Translations under genes and position numbers: made by a program | The notes under the pieces: model-generated | Seen by the model: only the letters and a program-made list of their open reading frames with translations | Databases searched by the model: none | Told to the model about the DNA's origin: nothing | Shown: positions 48,487-61,934 of the stretch, piece after piece | Position numbering within the stretch: the first letter of the stretch is position 1 | Layout: each line of letters opens with the position of its first letter | NCBI GenBank assembly: GCA_040954595.2 | Contig: CM082590.2 | Span: forward strand, 7,626,001-7,690,000 | Direction of reading: 5' to 3' | From: Balanoglossus misakiensis | Lineage: Eukaryota > Animalia > Hemichordata | DNA: 64,000 nt

Positions 48487-51400
48487 TCAGATGGACAGGA
48501 CAGTAACTATCACAATCATTAAGGCACCAAAACTGACAGACAGGCGTCCAACTCCAGAATCTGCATTGATGAAAGCAAAATATTTCGATTAAATGTTCAG
48601 ATTTTGCAAAAATATTGGATGTAAGTGTGAAATAGTAGACAGTTATGATCAATATAAACTATCCAGTTCATCCAAGTTTTCATGTCAATTTTGCTTTGTT
48701 GTCGATCAATTTATGCACTTTCGTGTCAAATTTTGCAAAATTGACCTTTAGTCACTCGTTTCTGTGACGATTGAACTTAAAATATATGTTAAACTGGACA
48801 GTTCAAATCATATACAGGTAATACATTAAAGCCCCAGTAATGATAATTTTGGTCTATCTTGTCAGTATTTTTCTCTTGTGTATCAACTCCAACTTTATGA
48901 AACGTTTGCTTTAAGTCTTTAGCCTACCAGCAAAGCCTGCACATGACCTGGAGGCCACTGTTACTGTTGACAAATGAATTTGAAATAAATCTTAATAAAA
49001 ATGCTGATTACTACAAAATGGCTGTGTTGAAAAAAATACTGCAAATTTTTTTATGTTTCGCAGAGTAGAACAGAAACCACAGTTGATACACAAAAACATT
49101 AATACTGTGAGATTAGTCCAAAGTTTGATGTGTTACCGGGTTTTAATAGAAACTCGTTGGCTGAACCCACCTGTTGTACTTGCTTTTGTTGTCATTGGAG
49201 ATGCAGTTGTTGCCATGGCTATCCATTGATTACATCACAAACACATGCAAGTAAAAACACCCACAAATTACATCAGATTCAAGCGGTACTCCCGTTTTAC
49301 AGGATTTACTTAAATGTATACAATCAACATTTATATATGGTAAAACAGCGTTTGGTGGCGCACACGATTTTGAAAATTTCCATGGTAACTGTCACAGTGG
49401 CAAAATTTGAATGGTGATTGCATACCTTTAACACCCTCCCTGAGTAAAACAGTCGTTACTGGGTCTTTCAAAGACAAAATGAGTCCTTAACCCAGGCAAA
49501 GCACCACTTTCATCTATTCACCAGCATTTAAACTGTTTCTCATCTCTCGCTAAGTAGAGTTGTACCATACAATAGTACCGGTATGCTTTACGATTTACCA
49601 TCTGGTCATAAACTAATTAGCGAGACAAATAATTAGATCCATATTCTCTAACCAACCAACCAACCATCAAGCCAATAAAAAAGCCATTCATTCATTCATT
49701 CATTCATTCATTCGTTCGTTCATCTGTCTGTCCATTCATCCATTTATTCATCCATACATACCAGGGGGGGGGGGGAGGGGTACATACATGCACACATCTG
49801 TATAAACTGTTCCCTGTCATTCTGTAGGAAGATTTGTATAAATAATTTGCATAATAATTTTACCTGCTGTGCAATCAGTTTTACCAGTGATATCAATACA
49901 ATCAGTCACTGCTCCAGGGTCTACTTTCAGACACAGTCTATTGTAGGCACTGCAGTCCGTCTCTGACAGGATTTGTACGCTTGCTGTCATACCAGTAGTC
50001 AATCCCTTGTCGGCAGTTCCATCTGCACTTGCAGGCAAGGTTGTTGGTGCATCAGTGATGACATCAATGGCATCAGACACTTTGGCTCCACCTGCAGCAA
50101 GGTCTTCATTGTCAGACAGATGTAACTTGTAGGATGTTATGCCTACCTCTGATGCAATAGGGTTGATCAGACCAGCATTGAAAGTCAGTATGGTCGCAGC
50201 AGTTCTATTCAACTTATACGTCGTTGGCGCTGTGACTGCAAATGTGTCTGCTTTGAAGGTAATTGCTGGAGATAAAGAAGATATTTAAAAAAAAATTAAA
50301 GATGAGTGTAATTTCAAAGAAGTCCTAACCACCCAGCAGGACTTCTCTATTGACATCAATTTTTCTAAACCCAAGGTGATTTTAACTTGAATTTAACTAT
50401 TACATTTGCACTGTCTATAGTAACACAGAAACGAAAGGTTTGCAATTTTGGTCAACTTAAAACTCAACTACATTTTCTACAAGTAATCTAATTCCTAAAA
50501 ATCATTATTACATATTCATATTGATGGGAGTTGTCACAGCTCCTTCTGTATACATAATAATCAAATTTAGAGAGTTCTAAAGTGCACGAGGTGGCAGTGA
50601 ACTAGCAAAAAGGACTTGAATTTCTTCAACGATAAACTTGAATAAAATGCACAAAAATCAACAATATCATAGTAATGTTAGGGTATAAAATATATACACA
50701 CTGACAAACGCAGCACAGGAAAGGAACTGGATGGGTATACAGAGGATGGAGCAATAGGACTCACAAAATTATTTCCTATCATTTTCAAGGCGCTTTGGGG
50801 ACAGTTATAAAATCGACACTCGAAGGGAGATATAAATTAACCTTGCAAATATATATGACAAATTAGATAAACAAGTTCGTATTAACAAACGTATCTTATG
50901 TTTACCTGCACAGTTTGTTGCTCCGGCTTGACCTGTAGTGGTGCCGATGTCCAGGCATTGCTCGGCTTCACCTGCGGTGGTACTCACACCCCCACCTTTG
51001 ATCAGTACGCAGAGTTTGGCTGCGGCTGTACAGTCTGCCTCAGTAGCAAATTTGAGAGTTGCGGTGTTTCCCGTTAAGGCTTGCGAAGTAACTCCCCCAT
51101 TAGTGATGGTCTCAGGGTCTGTAGCAGTTGGAGCGTCACCAGCAGCAGCTTGTTTCCCACCAACCTCATTGCCAGAGCCATCAACAAAGTAGACATCAAT
51201 GCCATTTATCACGCCACCATTAGCAGCTGAACTAACAGTTGCAGTGAATGTGATAATGGTATCCGTTACTCTGTTGTACTCAATATCAGTGAGAGAAGCT
51301 GGGTCGGTTATGGCATAACTGTCTAATACCACATCTACGAGAAAAGAAGGAGCAAACATGTCATGATCTCATGTACACTGGCAAGGTACCTTTACATTAG

Positions 51401-52105
51401 CCATTAATTCAAAACTGCAGCCCAACATTCATGAAATCTGTGCATACTGGCAACTAGTGGAAATCAATCCAAGCTGGTTAAATAGCATTTAGTTATATGG
51501 GTGCATTTTAAATGGAAGGAAAATATTAATTTCAAAAAAATTACGCTTATTGTCACCATAGAGATAAACACAGTAATTGACAGCCATTTCTAATTCCAAA
51601 TTTGAGAAACTGAATTTTGTTCTCTTGTACAGAATTTTGCATTGTGACCCTCAGTTTCTATTCTCTAATTTTAAAAGGAGTCATCTAAAATTGTCCAGCA
51701 AAATATGAGAACAAATTTTAAGGACACAAATTTTCAGACGCATGCTACCATTAATTAAGAATGCAAAATTGCAGCCCAACATTCATGACACACACACACA
51801 TTACTGACCGTCGCCGTAGCTTCCTTGCATGCAGAACAGAAATGCAGACAGACCCAAAAACACAGCTGTGTACCTGGAAGGAAAAAGGGGGACATAAAAC
51901 ATTGCACAACAAACATCTGCTGTGAAGATCATAGAAATTTTAAATGTGTACAATATCAAGTTATTAGGACATCAACTTTCAACATCCCTCACTCGCCCAG
52001 CAGTTATTTCATTTCTCAGCCCGAGTCTGTGGTAGATCAAACACTATACCTCGCTACAACGCGTGGCGGTCTTAAATAATCTCTCAAAGATACTTACATC
52101 TCCAT
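48487..52105 (-). CDS. Predicted GPI-anchored cell-surface protein with two tandem ~140-aa Cys-containing domains, ~325 aa
   Basis: Exons 52105-52098, 51873-51809, 51334-50906, 50265-49864 and 48560-48487 splice in frame. Signal peptide MEMYTAVFLGLSAFLFCMQGSYG; C-terminus DSGVGRLSVSFGALMIVIVTVLSI*; each domain ends DC...LC...C.DI...C. Confidence 0.85.
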
Positions 52106-52184
52106 TTTCACACGAGTACCGCAATGTCGCTGAGTGAACTGAAAACCTTACGTTTCTTTATCCCATATATAGAGAATGGATGAT

Positions 52185-52272
52185 TGCGATTGGCTGATAC
52201 GATACTCAGTGCTATGGAAACCAGTTTGTTTGTGTCAAACTCTTGTTTGATTGGTCATATTATTTATATGCC
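52185..52272 (-). promoter_or_regulatory. TATA/CCAAT motifs upstream of the GPI-protein gene
   Basis: Minus-strand TATAAATA at ~52261-52268 and CCAAT at ~52189 and ~52250. Confidence 0.4.
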
Positions 52273-52857
52273 TGACACAGTGCTCTTTGATTTATGTTGA
52301 GGCTGTTCTAGATGATGTTTTCAGTTCCAGATTCATCTACCCGGTACAGCATTCACAACAGAGTTGACGTATAGAAAAGAAATTGTGTGTTTTTTCCTTA
52401 TGTTGATAGTGAAATGTATTGGGAGACGATGGATTGTATGAACAAACAGTTAACTGTTTTAATATCTAATTTTTAAACATTGCAAAACAGAGTAATGGAT
52501 TCAAACAACAAATTTCTTGTATCAACATATTTTGCCATTCAACTTTTTAATGTGACTGGGTCTATACAATCTCTATCTGTCTGTCTGTCTGTCTGTCCCT
52601 CCCTCTCTTTCTTTCTGTCTGTCTGGCTCTCTCTCTCATATGTATCTGTGGATGCTTGAAATAACACAGCACTCAATAGCACATCGATGTTTTTTTATTA
52701 TTTTATGGTTCTAGCTAAGCTAACCTCTAGCACGTAGGCAAACTGATTTCTTATGAAGCAGTGTCATTTATATAACTTTATAAGGTTATTATTTACAGGA
52801 GACACTCAGTCGCCTTTTTAAGATAAGAAGAAAAGTGACCATATATCAGGATTAAGT

Positions 52858-55800
52858 GTTGCTTATCTTGGAAGTTGCAGACATTTATTAATACATTGAA
52901 CCATAAAAACCCCTCTGTCGGGCTGTAAAATCGTGACTCTGGTTGTTAAATAAAAATTCCTAAGACTTGTCAAAACAATTAAGGCGAGGACTACTCCGTT
53001 CCATGGTACAGAGATTATGGTGTGAAAGGTTTCACTTGAGAAGCAATATTCATTTTCAAATTGCAAGGAGTTTCCTTAAATCACATATTTAGGTTGATTA
53101 TGGCATATTGTCAAGAATTAAAAAAGGGACTTAACATGGACCTGGTTTGATTTCATTACAGACATTTGCAGACATGCATATGGTAGCACCAAGCAACTGC
53201 TAGACATCCTTTCTCATAATTTGAAATGAAAAAATCACAATGATATAAATGCACAGACTGCCAGGGAAACTGGCTAGTATAAAAGTGAACACAGATTGTG
53301 CATTTGTATGTATTATAGCAAAGATGTCATCAAGAAATAAATCAACAGAAATTTGGAAATACAGAAATGCCACTTTCATGACCTCTGAGTGACCTTACAT
53401 CCTGGTCTCTGTAAACTGATGACCATGAGTACAGCTGCATTCACAAACACCTCTGGAGGGGGGGGGGGGGGGGGGGTGGCGGGAGAATTCAATTTTTGTT
53501 ACCGTTAATTTTCACATGCACAACGCGAATATTTTCAAATCCCCCCCTTCCAAACTGCCAAAATTTTGAAATCCCCCCCCCCATTTTCTTTCACAGAGCA
53601 AAACACATCACCTATCTATCTTGTAAAAAAGAAAAACAGCGCTCCCATGAAAAGAATTTGAAACTGATGTTTCTCCTAGTGGGTATTAAAACTGAACATT
53701 GTTTTATTTTTTAAGTATTTGTATGATGTGTTGGGAGACATTGTAAACCGAGAATTGAAGGGGGTGGAGGGGGTGTCCCCCTCCCACGTAAGAAAATTTT
53801 ATAAAATACAGAGCTTAGGGAGGACAAATTTAACCGTCGCCGCTCAAAGTTATCATGGGGTGGGGGCAAGTCCCCTGACCCGGGACACTAGAAATTTTGT
53901 AAAATAAAGGGTGTGAAACTGCATTTTTGTGGACTCAAAATAAATATTTAGTCGTCAAAGTTTTCAAGTCCCCCCCTTTCAGTCCCTAAATTATTTCAAA
54001 TCCCCCCTTACATACCCTCATCTTTTTCAAATCCCCCCCCCTCAATTCTCCTGCCCCCCCCCCCCCCCTCCAGAGGTGTTTGTGAATGCAGCCTAAAATT
54101 TCAGGTGATCAGCACCGACACAGCACAAGATAGAATTCAAAATTTTCTACTTCAAACTGTGGCATGAGTAAGTAAAGAAAAGTGTGCTGCAATATGTGGT
54201 ACTATTATAATTCTTTAAAAATATAAAGTCCTCATTTGAAAGTGTGTGCCCATAAAATAGGCCATAAAACCAGACCTACTGGAATTAATCTCAACCAGAC
54301 ATGTATTTTATAATAAGGACAAAAACGTGTTGCCTTGTTCATGCATGCAATTAAAATACACACTTTACAACTTTTCAATTTCCTCCTCTAATTAATTTCT
54401 AGGTTAGTAACACAAAACTGTATCCCTTTATTTCTATTATTAATGACATTATCAGGTAAAATCTACTGCGCAGGTAGGAAAACAGATTACTTCGTAGCAT
54501 TGGTATTTATATTAGGCAAGTTTATCATTTAAAGCAAACACCCGGCCGGTTTTGATAGATTAGAGTGACCATATATAAGCATACACTATTACTTAACGTG
54601 AAAGCTAAAATTTTGTCAATACATGTACATATAAAAACACCATTGTTGGAACGCCCTCGCATGACTCTGGTTGCTAAGCGATAGTTACTGAAGTTTGTAA
54701 GAAATAAGAAAAGTTCTTTGGTTTCATCGCAGAGAAATTATGCTAAGAAGATTCAAATACTGGTATGAGTTTTATATTGGTAGTGTGAGTTTCTTTACAC
54801 AGAAAAATGTCATGGGTCATGCAACTTCAAATAAGACGCAGTGATGGAGCCATAAATTTGAGGCAAAGAGGGACAAGCAGGTGGAGAGATCTGCAGTTAT
54901 GAAAAATAAACTTTGAAATGTTGATGGTGGTGGTTGTTTTGTCATTGTTGTTGTGGTGGTGGTGGTTGTCGTGGCGGACACACACAAAAACAAATTGAAA
55001 CATATTTCAGTTCAAAGTGAAAATCACACTGGTGTCTTAGATGGGACAACCAAAAAGCTATAAATTATGCCAAACCACAGTCCCTGTAATAGAGGGACTG
55101 TGGCCAAACCTAAAGATAACCCCATCCGGCCTTGCAGTGTGGAAATATGTCAAGTGGTTGCTCATTGGCCTATTCTGAGTACTGACCGATATTTGGTGTT
55201 AAAGTGTTTCAGTTTGAAAAAAGTCAACTCACCGAGTTTGAATTTATGATAGCGGGACACACCTGCGAAAACACATCAATGTGTGGTCTCACCTCAAGTT
55301 TATTTCTACAGGAAATTTAGGCAAACAGTGCCACCATGCCTTTCTGAGTTAGGGGAATTGTTGAAAGAAAATAAAAAATTCTATGATAAAAAATCACATA
55401 GAGATTGAGTTAAAAGCAGACACAGACAGGCGAGTAGGCAGATGGACAGACCGAGAATATAATAACTGTACAGAAAGATAAAGAGATCACTCTTTAATGA
55501 CAAGATTGTATCCCATAGTGCAAAGGAATGCAGAGAAATAATAAGTTGGCCTTTTTATTAGTTTATCTTTTCGTGGCACTCAGAAAACATTTTATCTGTT
55601 TGAAATATTTAATGAACCATCCACAGCAACTCTAACCTGAGTTTTTTTTTTAATTTCGATTTTTCAATGGCTCGTAATTGTTTCCCAAACGCATTGGCAC
55701 TCTTACTCTGCATGGTCATGATGGTGCCCTTATCCTACTTTAAGTGAGAAATGTTCGTTTGAGTGCCGTCCTTCAAAGTCTGCGCACAAAGCTATAATTT

Positions 55801-58800
55801 TACTGACACACTCTTATGGTGTGAATGCCTGGAATGCACTTGACACTGTTACTGTGGCAAGTGTTTGTGGACATGTCGTGACGAATTGAAGAATTTTACA
55901 GTTTTGTAAAATTCCCAATTTCACCTGGATCCTGGTAGCAACATCCTGTGTGTTGATACTCAGACACTACTTAAATAGGATTAACACCATGTATAATACA
56001 AGCACCAATTGGAGTCTAGTTCATAGCAACTACAACGAGACGGTTGTGTTTAGTATTTCATGCGTATTCTTCCCTTGGACAGGTGCAATAATACCACAAA
56101 AATCTTTATAAATGTGACAAAATTTATGAAATGATTATACGCCTTGGCGCCACTGACTTCTGTTTGCATAAGGCTCATACAGATTAAAAGTCACCATAAA
56201 CAACACAATAAATAGGGTTAAAAAGGTATAGTTCCTCTATTTCCCTAAATGTGATTATTTTGAAATTTCCATTTTATAGTGGAAAAGTCGTTATTTACAA
56301 ATTTGTTTTTAAACGTGTTTGCTCAGGTGTGCTCCAACATCATAAATTCTTACTCAGCATGTTGCCTTCTTGCACATACTAGCTGTTAAGTACCGGTAGA
56401 TTGAAACCCTGGATTCAAACTTTGACCTAAAAAATATCAGCCAGGTACTCAGAAGAAGCCAATAAAATCTGAGCCATAAATAACATGACATATAGATTTC
56501 TACATACTTTGTCAAAAATCAGTTATCTCGGGTTGAACCTATAGACTTGCCCCCCCCCCCCTATGCCGTTCTTAACATTAATTTTTAACTTTTGAACAGT
56601 AAAATGATGATGATGATGATGGTGATGATGATGGCGATGATGATGATCATGCTGTGACAGTCCCTATACACAGACTTGGATACAACCTGTAGTCCAGTTC
56701 TGTGTTAGCAAAGATGCCACATTTCTGTGACAAGGGCTGTAACCAGTGCTTGATGACATACTAGTAGCTACATACACAATGCGGTACACTCGATGTTTAT
56801 TAGAAACTTCTGGACGGTAAACACTCAAACCCTACTTGTTGAATTATGTAGCCATTGTAAACTACAGTTATCGCAGACCTCCTTGACGGTAGTCGACTAA
56901 GTAACTTAAACCCTCGTTAAATACTTTGGTCGATACTTAGCCAAGTTGGTTGATCCAGTGTACTACATACATGTGAGTAGCGGTATCATGCTCTCTCTCC
57001 CCTCTCCCCCCCCCCTCTCCTTCCCACTCGCTCTCCCTCTTCCTCGCTCTCTCTCTCACACACACATCTTCCCTCTCCCCCCTGTCACCTGACCCCCCTT
57101 CTCTCTCCAACCCCCTCTTCTCTCCCCCACCCTCCCCTCTCAAAACTGTCACAACCTCACAAGTAAAAATAGCAAGCGTGATCAGCTAACCACAACGAAC
57201 GAGTCGGTTATACATTAACTTCATTTCTTCACTTCAATCCATATGAAATGTAAAGTGAAATATTTGCCACTTAACCATTCATTTTAAAAAATACATTTCA
57301 ACTTTGAACTAACCTGACAACACAGTCATTTCCATATCTGTAATTTCCGCAAGACTTGCACGCGTATTTGAATTATCCATAATGTCTCGTAGCCACTAAA
57401 CTCCAGTTTAAGCTAGCTATACACCAACTCTATGCAATTTCAATTTTGTCTGCTAAAGAAAAAAATTATTCATATTGTGACGGACAGTCGCCAAACAGTG
57501 ACCTGACTGACCTCAGCATATTGCAAAAGTTATCAGATGAAGAACCGGATACCAGTCATGTTTGTACAGTAAACACAGACTGTTACTTGTATATTAAACA
57601 GGAAAGTACCTCACACAAGTTCTCCATTGTACAGAATTATTAAATGTAATACTCTACACGTCCATCGATCAATCATAACTTGCTCGCTTTACTTGTTACA
57701 CCTCTCATACGTGAATTCGACATTTAAAGCTTGGGTTCTGTCTGCAGGTTCGTGTCACTAGGTAAAATTTTGATGACAAAATTTTTTCATGCACAAAGCA
57801 TTTGCAAAGAATATTGCTACATCAGTATTCCGTAAGTGTCAAGCATGTGACCTTGATAATACAATAAAAATCACTGAAAAATGTAGCGCATCATAGAAAA
57901 CAAAGTATAACAAAAACTGCCTTCATCAATGCAAAATTCACCCACTTTGTTTTTCTCCCTGGCCACCCCTATAAAATTTGACGAATGTACTTTGGTCTCA
58001 GCTACGCTGTCGATCTCCACGTGGGGAAAACCATTTCTTTGCTGGGGGGGGGGGGGGGGAATCCCACCAATTTTTACCACCAGTTTTACTTTATTCTCAA
58101 GGCATTGCAGAAAACAGAAAATATAACAAAAACTTCATCAATGCTAAATTCACCCAAACACTGGATTTAGAAAATAGGGTGGTGGCCATGAATCCATATA
58201 GCGAGAGAGAGAACCAAATTAGTCCTGGCATTTGAGAGACGGGGGAGGGAAGGGGAAAGGGAGGGGTGAAAGGGGACAAAGATTGCGTACAGTGTGTAAA
58301 CCTAAGTGACGTCATACCGTACTTTAATCACACAGGATCCATGAGTGTACATCTATAGTTGCCTACTTCCACTAATTTATTATAAGCAAGAAAGCTTGTG
58401 TGCCCTTTGCTTGTTTGTTTACTGTCTGTCGCCATAGAGATACAATTCTACCTGCGCGCCTTTTCGCAATACGCGTTGAACGGTTTGAAAATTTATGCTT
58501 GTTTTTATGTTGCTATCGATACTGCTGTAAACACAAGGATGATTTATCGGTATGGACCACAGCATGCAATCAAGATTTCACCAGTCATTTTCAATACTAG
58601 TATAAAGAACCTGAATTGTGCAATTAATCAAAATATAGTCCTCAGTGTGTTAGGGTCTGCAAGTCTGAACACGGAGAATTATGGCCAAAATTTGACATGT
58701 AGATTGTAGCAACTCATATTTTCGGCACCTAACATAAAAGATGTTAATCACTTCAGCATATACCGGTAGACACTCCATGGTATTGGTACAGGCAAATAAA

Positions 58801-58900
58801 ATATGGACATGCAGTGACGATAAGGGCGATCGTCATAGCAAAGAAGCAACAGAGATCTTGCATGAGCATTCACATGCAGGAAAATTCTCACACCACAGCA
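52858..58900 (+). repeat. Left arm of a large inverted duplication (interrupted)
   Basis: 52858-54690 and 57770-58900 match the reverse complement of 64000-62840 and 62820-61935 at several anchors. Confidence 0.9.
53433..54093. mobile_element. ~660-bp TIR element, PIF/Harbinger-like MITE
   Basis: TIRs GCTGCATTCACAAACACCTCTGGAGGGGG / CCCCCTCCAGAGGTGTTTGTGAATGCAGC; flanked by TAC/TAA; absent from the duplicated arm at ~63435. Confidence 0.85.
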
Positions 58901-59518
58901 ATGTTGGAGATAATGTATTATTTTCCTTGCCATCATAACAAACAGGAAATAAAATAAAAAATTATTTTTGATGCAAAAATTCGCGCAAACACTGGATTTA
59001 AAAATTAGGGTGATCAGTCGGGAGTTTTGTACTTTGTTGTGCTATGAGGCGACCCCAACACTGTATAAAGTTTGAGGGATTGTCCTTTGGTTATCGTCGT
59101 TCATGCTGATATTACCACCTGGCTGATAGATCGGGCATCATCCGTCATAAATAATGTAAATAGTGCGCTGACAGCCATGATGATTCAAGAAGCTGTATTC
59201 CTGTCAGGACATAGCCAGACTGTTTGGTTGCCAATGACTACCGTTGATGTTTGTTTGTACTCTGAGAGCGGCAGAGTGACAGTTGCTATAAATATGAAGA
59301 GGGTCGAGGCAGTATCTCTGAAAGAATGTCACAAAAATTTAATTTTATGTGTGTAAATATTATCACTCACCGGTCGTCCTAGAATTTATGTACCAGGTAG
59401 TGTAGGGGAAAGGTTGATATGGCAGTATACAAGCCAAAGTTATTTGTCCTAAAATTGATCGAGCTCCATTTACTTTTAGAGGGATGCATTTGGATAAAAC
59501 GAGGGTGTCACTGCTTAA

Positions 59519-59646
59519 AGGGACATTAGCTGTAACTTTTGGCTTTATTTACAATATTTGTGTGATACATATCAAATGCAATGTCAAAAGCCCATCAAAG
59601 GAAATAATAAATACTAGTAATGTCACGGGTGACCGACTTTGTCCCT
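59519..59646. mobile_element. Short Kolobok-type MITE
   Basis: TTAA-AGGGACA ... TGTCCCT-TTAA. Confidence 0.6.
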
Positions 59647-60339
59647 TTAAGTCATAAAATTCGAACAGAGACGATGTTAAACCGAAATCTGGCCCAATTT
59701 ATGAGGTGGCCGCCCGACGGAAAAGCGGTCAGAAATGTGTTTGTCAGTGCACTCAATGGTGACAATGCATAAATCACACATGACAAGTGTATACTTGTTT
59801 TGTCCCAATTTTATCAGTAATGGGTCAAAATGTGTCAGCAAATCACTTAAGTACACGTGCACAGGCGACAGGGTGTGTAAAAAGAATTTAATTTTCATAT
59901 TATTGAAAATCGCCGAAATTTTCCTGGCATTTGTGAGGAAAGAGAGAGGGAGAGAGGAAAGAAAGGGGACGGGGGGGGGGGGGGGGGGGGGGGGGGGTGG
60001 ATGGGTACATATGGGTGGGTTTGTGGAGGGGATCAAGAAAAAAACAGGGAGCGAGAGGGGTAGGGAGAGAGAGGGGGAGCTAGGACGAAGAGAGAGATTG
60101 CGTACCTGGCATTCACTTTAATAGGTCATGTAACCATAGTCATGATATTTTAGTATTAGTAGTGGGTATAGAGTGAGTCTCGGAATCAAGTCAAATTTGT
60201 AAGAAAATGTATAAATGCATTTATTTAGCTTCTCACAGCTAATACAAAAAGATACACAATTGGCTTCAATTTTCATGGTTGCATGAAATGTGAATTGTTA
60301 TGACATATTGTGGTATTATCCAGATATAAGTCTGTCCCC

Positions 60340-60780
60340 CAATTAACCAGTGACGTCATACTGCCGATACTTTGATCACACAGGATCCAGGGAACATCTA
60401 GTTGTCATACTGATGCTGATTTATAAGCATTGAAGATTGTGAGTCTGTTTGCTTGCTAGCTTGTTTACTGTTCGTGTTGTTGTCGCCATGGAGATGTAAC
60501 GCTGACGATGCATTTTTTTGCAATTTAAGTTGAACGGTTGGAAGATATATGCATGTTTATATTGTTGCTATCGATACTGCTGTAAACACAAGGATGATTT
60601 ATCGGTATGGCTGGGGCCACATCGTGCAATCAAGATTTCACCAGACATTTTAATATATAAAAGCACCTGAATTGCACAATTAATCAAAATATAGTCCTGT
60701 ACAATGGGTTAGGGTCTGCAAGTCTGAACATGGAGAGTAGTGGCCAAATTTGAAAGATTTTAGCAACTCATGGACACGTG
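60340..60780 (+). repeat. Third, direct-orientation partial copy of 58300-58720
   Basis: AGTGACGTCATAC, GTTGCTATCGATACTGCTGTAAACACAAGGATGATTTATCGGTATGG and GTTAGGGTCTGCAAGTCTGAAC are shared. Confidence 0.85.
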
Positions 60781-61331
60781 GAATATAAATGTTTTTATTT
60801 TGTCAGAAAAGGCAGCTTTCACAGGCAAATAAAATATGCAAGGTGACAATCGTGTTGCTCGCCATAGCAACCAACAACACAGAGGCAGTAATCACACCAT
60901 TCAATGACAGCAATGGTTGGTCATTTACGTTTCCTTGAATAGAGCGCCGTCAACGGGAGCACTTGGAAAGATACCGAAAATATAGTTGCTATGACCTCTT
61001 GGACACGATTTTTGAAATTTTCTCTGCGCAGAAAGAAATCTCCTTGAATACCCACCCCTTTGTACTGTGAGATAGGCATGTCTCCTTATAGTTTCATATT
61101 TCGAGATATCAAAATTACCCTATGTTAATGCTACAACTATGCCAACAGTCAGTGGCATACCTGCGAGAGCGACATGTAATAGGAATTAAATTCTGCTCTG
61201 TATCGATCGTATGCTTTGGTGAATTGCTATTCGTTTTCAGAGAATTATTTATGGTACATTGTAAAGGTTCTTCTTTCAATATATCACTGGAAATTCTCAG
61301 TCGCTAAACACTAACAGATGTTCACACCTGG

Positions 61332-61445
61332 TAGTCTGGTTCCCTGTCCCAATCCGACCGCTGGCTGCGCTATATGCTAAAAGGGAAACCCTTTCCCTTT
61401 AGCGTAGCGCAGCCAGCGGTGGGATTGGGGCAGGGAACCAGACTA
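61332..61445. mobile_element. 114-bp MITE with TAG..CTA ends and 9-bp TSD (Academ- or MuDR-like)
   Basis: TSD CACACCTGG at 61323-61331 and 61446-61454; 24-bp TIR TAGTCTGGTTCCCTG(T/C)CCCAATCC. Confidence 0.88.
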
Positions 61446-61934
61446 CACACCTGGATGTTGAAGTACCATTATTCACTGACGCGCCCTCAATGGTTGACCA
61501 GTGAGTTTCAGCCAATAGTGCCAATTCTTTCATCTCAACCGTTGAGGGCTCACTGATGTCACCTGAGAAGGCTTGGTACGAAAACAGATCAATGTTTGTT
61601 CTGAATACTAAGATTTTCCTAGTTCATATTTATCTACCAATATTGTTTAAATCACAAAACACAAAACTCTTTTTGTGCAAATGAATCACTATGTGGTTTA
61701 TATTTATTTATTACGAATAATTTCGGGTGTTATACAGAAGAACAGCAGAGCCAATTATCCGGAAACTTAAAACAAAATCGTTATCCTGTAAAGGAAGTGT
61801 GCCTGTGACACACCAGTGACGTTTTACCAACATGGCCTTTATGGCATAAAAATGTCAAATGGATGATAAAATATAGGGTCATAATACAAGCTCGCTATAA
61901 ACGTGCAACGTCATTTAGTGGTGTGTTTCTAAAA

